A DNA stretch of 64,000 nucleotides from an uncultured delta proteobacterium (lineage in GTDB: Bacteria > Desulfobacterota > BSN033 > UBA1163): contig CAVPSJ010000004.1 in the NCBI GenBank assembly GCA_963708295.1, positions 544,001-608,000 of the forward strand, written 5' to 3'. The notes beneath the pieces were generated by a model. That model searched no databases, had not been told where the DNA came from, and was given only the letters and a program-made list of their open reading frames with translations. The position numbers were made by a program, and so were the translations under genes. Below, piece after piece: positions 59,063-64,000 of the stretch. Position 1 is the first letter of the stretch. Every line of letters starts with the position of its first letter.

Positions 59063-59180
59063 TTCAGCCTATATTGGTATTTTGTGGCCTACGAACATCG
59101 AGTGTGCTACTGAACCGGGCTACTCATATCTGCGAACGCGTGGTGTTCACGGTAGCGGGAAAGATGGAGGAAATAAGGCT
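59063..59180 (+). pseudogene. PhoU C-terminal remnant
   Basis: NRATHICERVVFTVAGKMEEI, preceded in another frame by ILWPTNIEC. Confidence 0.55.
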
Positions 59181-59393
59181 TCGAGGTACTCGCTTGAATC
59201 AGAAATGGCTCTGCCGCGTTTTATGTTAACTTCAATCATATATCTTCATTAAACTTAACCTGAGATTTCCGATGATCGATAGGTGAAAGCGGAGTTGTTG
59301 AATTCTTCAACGAAATAGACCTCTGTTTCGAATGATATCTTCATCTATCAAAATGTGATTGAACGAGGTTCTTGCTGCGCATACCCTGGGCAA

Positions 59394-60098
59394 TTACAAT
59401 CCGAGAAAGGCTTTTTGGATGACTTCGGCGTTGAGGAGCTCTTTGCCTGTCCCCTGGTGGATGGTCCGTCCGGTTTGAAGCACGTAGCCGCGGTCGGATA
59501 GTTCGAGCGACTCTCGAACATTCTGTTCAACGAGGAGGATGGTCTTTCCGGATCCTTTCAATTTGGCCACAGCCTCTAGCATCTCATCCACCAGTTTTGG
59601 CATCAGCCCCAGGGAGGGCTCGTCGAGCATGAGAACTTTCGGGCTGGACATCAATCCTCTTCCAATGGCGAGCATCTGTTGCTCCCCGCCGCTGAGGGTC
59701 CCTCCGAGCTGAAGGCGTCTTTCAGCCAGTCGGGGGAAGAGATGATAGACGTATTCCAGATTTTTTTTGATCGCTCCGTCATCGTTCAGAATATAAGCTC
59801 CCAATTCAAGATTTTCATGAACCGTGAGGGGGCCAAAGATCAACCGTGCCTCCGGGACATAAGTGATTCCTTTCCGGACAATGTCGGCTGTAGGAAGGTG
59901 AGAGATCGCTTGATCCTCAAACTGGATCGAACCCCTGGAAGGATGGAGGGCGCCTGCAATGGCTTTGAGAAGCGTTGACTTTCCTGCACCGTTTGCGCCG
60001 ACCACGGAAACGAGCTCTCCCTGGTTCACTTCCAGGGAGACATTGTGAATGACGGGGACGCCACCGTACCGGACTTCGATCTCAGTGACCTTTAGCAT
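59394..60098 (-). CDS. livF: Branched-chain amino acid-type ABC ATPase
   Basis: GANGAGKST, LFPRL.ER, LSGGEQQM, DEPSLGL. Confidence 0.9.
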   Translation of the reverse strand: MLKVTEIEVRYGGVPVIHNVSLEVNQGELVSVVGANGAGKSTLLKAIAGALHPSRGSIQFEDQAISHLPTADIVRKGITYVPEARLIFGPLTVHENLELGAYILNDDGAIKKNLEYVYHLFPRLAERRLQLGGTLSGGEQQMLAIGRGLMSSPKVLMLDEPSLGLMPKLVDEMLEAVAKLKGSGKTILLVEQNVRESLELSDRGYVLQTGRTIHQGTGKELLNAEVIQKAFLGL

Positions 60099-60813
60099 AT
60101 TTTTCCCCCAGATAGGCTTTAATCACCCGTTCCTCCTTTATAATATCCTTCGGCAACCCCTCCGCAATTTTCTCGCCGCCATCGAGAACGATGACCCGTT
60201 GGGAGATGGGCATGACCACCTCCATGACATGTTCGATGAGAAAGAGTGCGATCTTCTTTTCCTGATGGATCTTTTTCAAAAGATCCACCATCTCTTCAGT
60301 CTCTTTGGGGGTGAGGCCGGAGGCAACTTCATCGAGCATCAAGAGTTCCGGCTGGGTTGCGATGGCCCTGGCCAGGCCTATCTTCTTCTGACCGGCAATG
60401 GGTAATTCATTAAGGTAGTAATTCTTCAACCCCTCCAGTCCCATGAAGCCCAAGAGTGCAGCCGCTTCAACTTTTGCGAGATGACGATCATCGGTCCTGC
60501 AAAAGGCACCGACCATCACATTTTCGAGGACCGTCATTCCTGCGGTGACCTTGGTAAGCTGAAAGGTCCTGCCGATCCCCTCCCGATTGGTCATGAAGGG
60601 TTTGAATCCCGTGATTTCCTTCCCTTTGAAAATCACCTTCCCGGAATCGGGCTTATGAAAACCGACGACGCAGTTGAAAAGGGTTGTCTTGCCGGCGCCG
60701 TTCGGACCGATCAAACCAATGATTTCACCCTGCTCGATCTGGAAGGAAACATGGTTATTGGCCACTACGCCGCCAAAGTCTTTGACCAGATCGTTGACTT
60801 CAAGAAATGCCAA
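60082..60813 (-). CDS. livG: Branched-chain amino acid-type ABC ATPase
   Basis: FGGVVA, GPNGAGKTT, RTFQ, IEH.M, VIKAYLG. Confidence 0.9.
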   Translation of the reverse strand: MAFLEVNDLVKDFGGVVANNHVSFQIEQGEIIGLIGPNGAGKTTLFNCVVGFHKPDSGKVIFKGKEITGFKPFMTNREGIGRTFQLTKVTAGMTVLENVMVGAFCRTDDRHLAKVEAAALLGFMGLEGLKNYYLNELPIAGQKKIGLARAIATQPELLMLDEVASGLTPKETEEMVDLLKKIHQEKKIALFLIEHVMEVVMPISQRVIVLDGGEKIAEGLPKDIIKEERVIKAYLGEKYAKGH

Positions 60814-60814
60814 G

Positions 60815-61813
60815 TTATCCGCCTCTCTTTCGAAACTGTTCGATGATGCCCCAGATTCCTCGCGGCTGATAGGCAGAAACGATCATAATCAGAGCCGAAT
60901 AGATCATAAAGTCAACTCCGATCAAACCCTTATGAGCACCCAGCCAACTTCCGAGAAAACGGTCAAGGGGGACTAAGAAACCTGAACCGATGATGGGTCC
61001 CCACATGGACCCCGCCCCTCCCAGCATCGACATCAGAGCAATCTTGATCGAAAGGTCTAGATCCATCACCGAATAAGGATCGATGTAAAGATTATAAACC
61101 GCCAGGAATCCACCTCCCACCGCCACAAAAGCGGAGGCAATGGAGTAGGCCTTGATCTTGCACCATCGGGCATCAATCCCCAGGCTCTCTGCCGCCTCTT
61201 CATCCTCTTTGATCATCCGGAGTTGATAACCTAATTTCGACTTTCGAAACCAGTTCATATAAAAAATGGCGACATAAAAGAGGCCCATGATAAAATAAAA
61301 ATAATACGTATCCGACTTAAACTGCATATAGAGGAAATCAGGGTGTTCATGGATGGGAAGTTCTATTCCCTTGGCTGCTCCGACCAGTTTCCAGTTGATA
61401 AAAATGTCCTGAAGCACCAATGACGTACAAATAGTCGCAATGGCAAAGTAATGCCCCTTCAGTCTGAAAAGGGGATACCCAATGATAAACGAGTATCCGA
61501 TCGCAACGAGGATGCCGATGGGCATGGACACCCAAAAAGGGATCTTCCACCAGACCATTGTCAAAGCGACCGTGTAGGCTCCAATCCCCACATATTGGGC
61601 TTTGCCCAGCTCCACCTGTCCCCCGTAACCACCGATGGTGTTCCATCCCATCCCGAAAAGGGAGAAAAGGAGGAACTGAATCGCCACCGCCTTGACAAAG
61701 GATCCAGCCCCGAGCCAGGGGAAGGCGAGAAGGAAAAGGGTGAAGAGGACAAAGCCCACCTTCTCCGGTTTTGAGAAGTCTCTGAAGTCGAAGGCGTCCT
61801 TTAGTGTTTCCAT
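60815..61813 (-). CDS. livM: Branched-chain amino acid-type ABC permease
   Basis: RLKGHYFAIAT, EDEEAAESLG, LGGAGSMWGP. Confidence 0.88.
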   Translation of the reverse strand: METLKDAFDFRDFSKPEKVGFVLFTLFLLAFPWLGAGSFVKAVAIQFLLFSLFGMGWNTIGGYGGQVELGKAQYVGIGAYTVALTMVWWKIPFWVSMPIGILVAIGYSFIIGYPLFRLKGHYFAIATICTSLVLQDIFINWKLVGAAKGIELPIHEHPDFLYMQFKSDTYYFYFIMGLFYVAIFYMNWFRKSKLGYQLRMIKEDEEAAESLGIDARWCKIKAYSIASAFVAVGGGFLAVYNLYIDPYSVMDLDLSIKIALMSMLGGAGSMWGPIIGSGFLVPLDRFLGSWLGAHKGLIGVDFMIYSALIMIVSAYQPRGIWGIIEQFRKRGG

Positions 61814-62688
61814 CCAAACAATCCCTGAGGTCTCAAAACGACGATGACGAAATAAGCAAAATAGACGACGGTGAATTTAAAATGGGGACCAAAAAAATCC
61901 CAGCCAGTCAGATGACCGATCATTGGGAATAACATTTCAATGATTCCGATCAGGATTCCTGCGAAGAAGGCTCCCTTAATACTTCCAAATCCACCCATGG
62001 CCACCGATGCGAAGGCGATCATCACAAAGAGAAGTCCTACGGTAGGATAGACATACCAGAAATTGACGATCAGACCACCCGCAATCCCAACAGTTCCCCC
62101 GCCGATCATCCAGGCCAGGGCATTCATCCGGTCGGTTCTAATCCCCATATAATTGGCCGCTTCCCTGTTCAGGGCAGTGGCACGGAGAGCTCTTCCCAGT
62201 TTCGTTCGATGAAGGAGGGTGTAGACGAAAAGAAATGCGATCAGACTGAGAATGGCCGCCGAGAGTTTCGTCCAATCAAATCGGAAGAGGCCTATGGAGA
62301 GGGTCTTTCCGACGAGCAGCCCTTTTTGAACGATCCGGTAATCGATGCCAAAAAGAAATTGGGCAAGGTATCTTAAAAAGAGCATGAGTCCGAAGGTCCC
62401 GAAAAGTTGCGCAATGATCGGGCCCCGGAGCAAGTATTTGACGAAACAGTAGTAGGATGCCAATCCAAGAAGCATTCCGACAATGGCAGAGGCGGGGAGG
62501 GCGATCAGGGGATCCACGTGGAGGAGGAGGCTCGTCCAGTACGCCGCGTACATCCCGATCATGAGAAACTCGCCGTGGGCAAAGTTGACGATGTCCATCA
62601 TGCCAAAGATAATGGTGAGACCGAGGGCCACCAGGGCAAAAAGAAGGCCCATCAGGATTCCCTGAAGGAGTGCATCGAGGACGATCAT
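61801..62688 (-). CDS. livH: Branched-chain amino acid-type ABC permease
   Basis: ALGLTIIFG...VNFAHG, GRALRA, GGFGS, RPQGLFG. Confidence 0.88.
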   Translation of the reverse strand: MIVLDALLQGILMGLLFALVALGLTIIFGMMDIVNFAHGEFLMIGMYAAYWTSLLLHVDPLIALPASAIVGMLLGLASYYCFVKYLLRGPIIAQLFGTFGLMLFLRYLAQFLFGIDYRIVQKGLLVGKTLSIGLFRFDWTKLSAAILSLIAFLFVYTLLHRTKLGRALRATALNREAANYMGIRTDRMNALAWMIGGGTVGIAGGLIVNFWYVYPTVGLLFVMIAFASVAMGGFGSIKGAFFAGILIGIIEMLFPMIGHLTGWDFFGPHFKFTVVYFAYFVIVVLRPQGLFGWKH

Positions 62689-62709
62689 AAAAAGATACGT
62701 TAAGGATTT

Positions 62710-62785
62710 CGTAATCAGTGATCAGTAATCAGTTTTCAGATCTTTTTCTTACTCACTGACTACTGATCACTGGCAACTGATTACG
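62710..62785. repeat. Heptamer-periodic inverted repeat (GTAATCA/GTGATCA type)
   Basis: cgtaatcagtgatcagtaatcagt ... actgactactgatcactggcaactgattacg. Confidence 0.75.
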
Positions 62786-62791
62786 GATGTC

Positions 62792-64000
62792 TTATTTCCA
62801 TCCCGGGAAGGGATAGATCATATTGGCTGTGGCAAGATCAAAGGGATAGATGATTTCAAGATCGGCTTTCCCGTCTTTCCACTGATACTGTCCGATTAAG
62901 CCCCTGCCTTTGATATTCTGGCCCGTCGCATCAAATTTGATCCCCTCCCATGGCATGACCAACTCGTAACCTCGAATGTCGATCTCATTACACGACTTCT
63001 GAATGGCCTTGGGGTCGGTCGCTCCGGCTCGGTTCAGCACGTAGGCCCAGGTTTGAACCCCCACCACCGACCGAGCGGTGGCCCCGGTCAAATCATCACC
63101 ATATTTCTTCCTGTAAAGATCATTAATCTGTCCCGCAACTTGCTTTACTTTTGCTATTTTTGCGATGAAGACCGTCCGCGTCAGGACCCCGTTCGTGTCC
63201 GCCCCGAGCGTTTTGGTAAAGTCAGCCATCTCAAAACCCGCATCTTGCCCCCAGAAGAAACGGGGAGAAGCCTTCATCCCCTTCAGGGTTCGAATCATGA
63301 GGAGTGAATCCGAAAGATAGGAGGCAAAGAGCATGCAATCCGGTTTGGCCGCGATCAGGGCTTGTGCTTCGGACGTCAAATCAGGCGAGTTCGCATTGTA
63401 AAGGAGCGCTTTTGCAATATTGAATCCGTATTCCTTTGAAAACTTCTCGAGGTCCTTTGCAACACTCGATCCCCATTCCGTATTCTCGCAGGCATAGACT
63501 AAGTTCTTGAGTTGGTCCTTTGGAACGGCCCTTACCCCTTTGACTTTGCCCTCTGTTAATCCCTTCAAAAGCTCAAAGAGGTCTTTGTCAAAATACTCAT
63601 CATGCGGCGTGGTTCGCCAGAACCATTTAAAGCCCCTTCGCGTGAGGTCTGGAGAAGTCGACGAATCGTTGATCATCGGAATTCCATACCTTTCAGCCAC
63701 GGCACTGACTGTCTTGGTCACCGCGCTCTGGTAAGCTCCCATCAACCCAACGACTTTATCGTCGAGGATGAGGCGTTTGGCCAAATCAGCGCCACGGTCC
63801 GGCTCGCCGCGGGAGTCAGCGAAGATCAGTTTGATCTTGGCATTCCCTAAGCTTGGAATGCCTCCCCATTTCGACATGAGAACGTCGATATTAGGATTTT
63901 TATTGTTGACCAGGTTTTCCGCCGTGAATTCGGCAGCCTTCTGCAGGTCTCTCCCAATGGTTGCCAAGGCTCCGGAAAGCGGATAAATCACACCAATTTT
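62792..64000 (-). CDS. ABC transporter substrate-binding protein, LivK/LivJ-like (5' end outside window)
   Basis: KIGVIYPLSG, GAYQSAVT, LTRRGFKWFWRT; substrate not assignable. Confidence 0.88.
   Translation of the reverse strand, partial: KIGVIYPLSGALATIGRDLQKAAEFTAENLVNNKNPNIDVLMSKWGGIPSLGNAKIKLIFADSRGEPDRGADLAKRLILDDKVVGLMGAYQSAVTKTVSAVAERYGIPMINDSSTSPDLTRRGFKWFWRTTPHDEYFDKDLFELLKGLTEGKVKGVRAVPKDQLKNLVYACENTEWGSSVAKDLEKFSKEYGFNIAKALLYNANSPDLTSEAQALIAAKPDCMLFASYLSDSLLMIRTLKGMKASPRFFWGQDAGFEMADFTKTLGADTNGVLTRTVFIAKIAKVKQVAGQINDLYRKKYGDDLTGATARSVVGVQTWAYVLNRAGATDPKAIQKSCNEIDIRGYELVMPWEGIKFDATGQNIKGRGLIGQYQWKDGKADLEIIYPFDLATANMIYPFPGWK

Noticed and set aside
182-63986. The many short antisense or alternate-frame ORFs in the track
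   Set aside because: They overlap well-supported genes and show no recognisable motifs

Overview
Chromosomal segment, probably from an anaerobic Desulfobacterota/deltaproteobacterium-like genome (inferred from gene content only). (1) 1-15.6 kb: complex I operon nuoA'BCD-[X-Y]-HIJKLMN in which nuoEFG are replaced by a GltD/NfnB-type NADPH flavoprotein and a NuoG/FDH-like subunit lacking the Mo ligand, together resembling Geobacter SfrBA. Almost every spacer holds a palindromic repeat, some nested. (2) 15.8-19.3 kb and 30.5-34.5 kb: AT-richer accessory patches with TA genes and remnants, a decayed type IIG RM gene and a lone attC cassette. (3) A molybdopterin oxidoreductase preceded by an ORF-less class IIC group II intron, an S1-domain protein, a tRNA-Leu 3' fragment, priA and a candidate structured RNA. 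(4) Amino-acid metabolism genes and a CxxU AhpD-like selenoprotein. (5) 45.7-59.2 kb: phosphate island with phoR, phoB, a PHP-REC-histidine kinase fusion, STAS, MBL hydrolase, pstSCAB-phoU-arsC, pit and 11-bp-periodic Pho boxes. (6) A liv-type ABC transporter running off the right end. No CRISPR array, rRNA or complete tRNA was seen. All family calls come from motif recognition by eye, not database searches.
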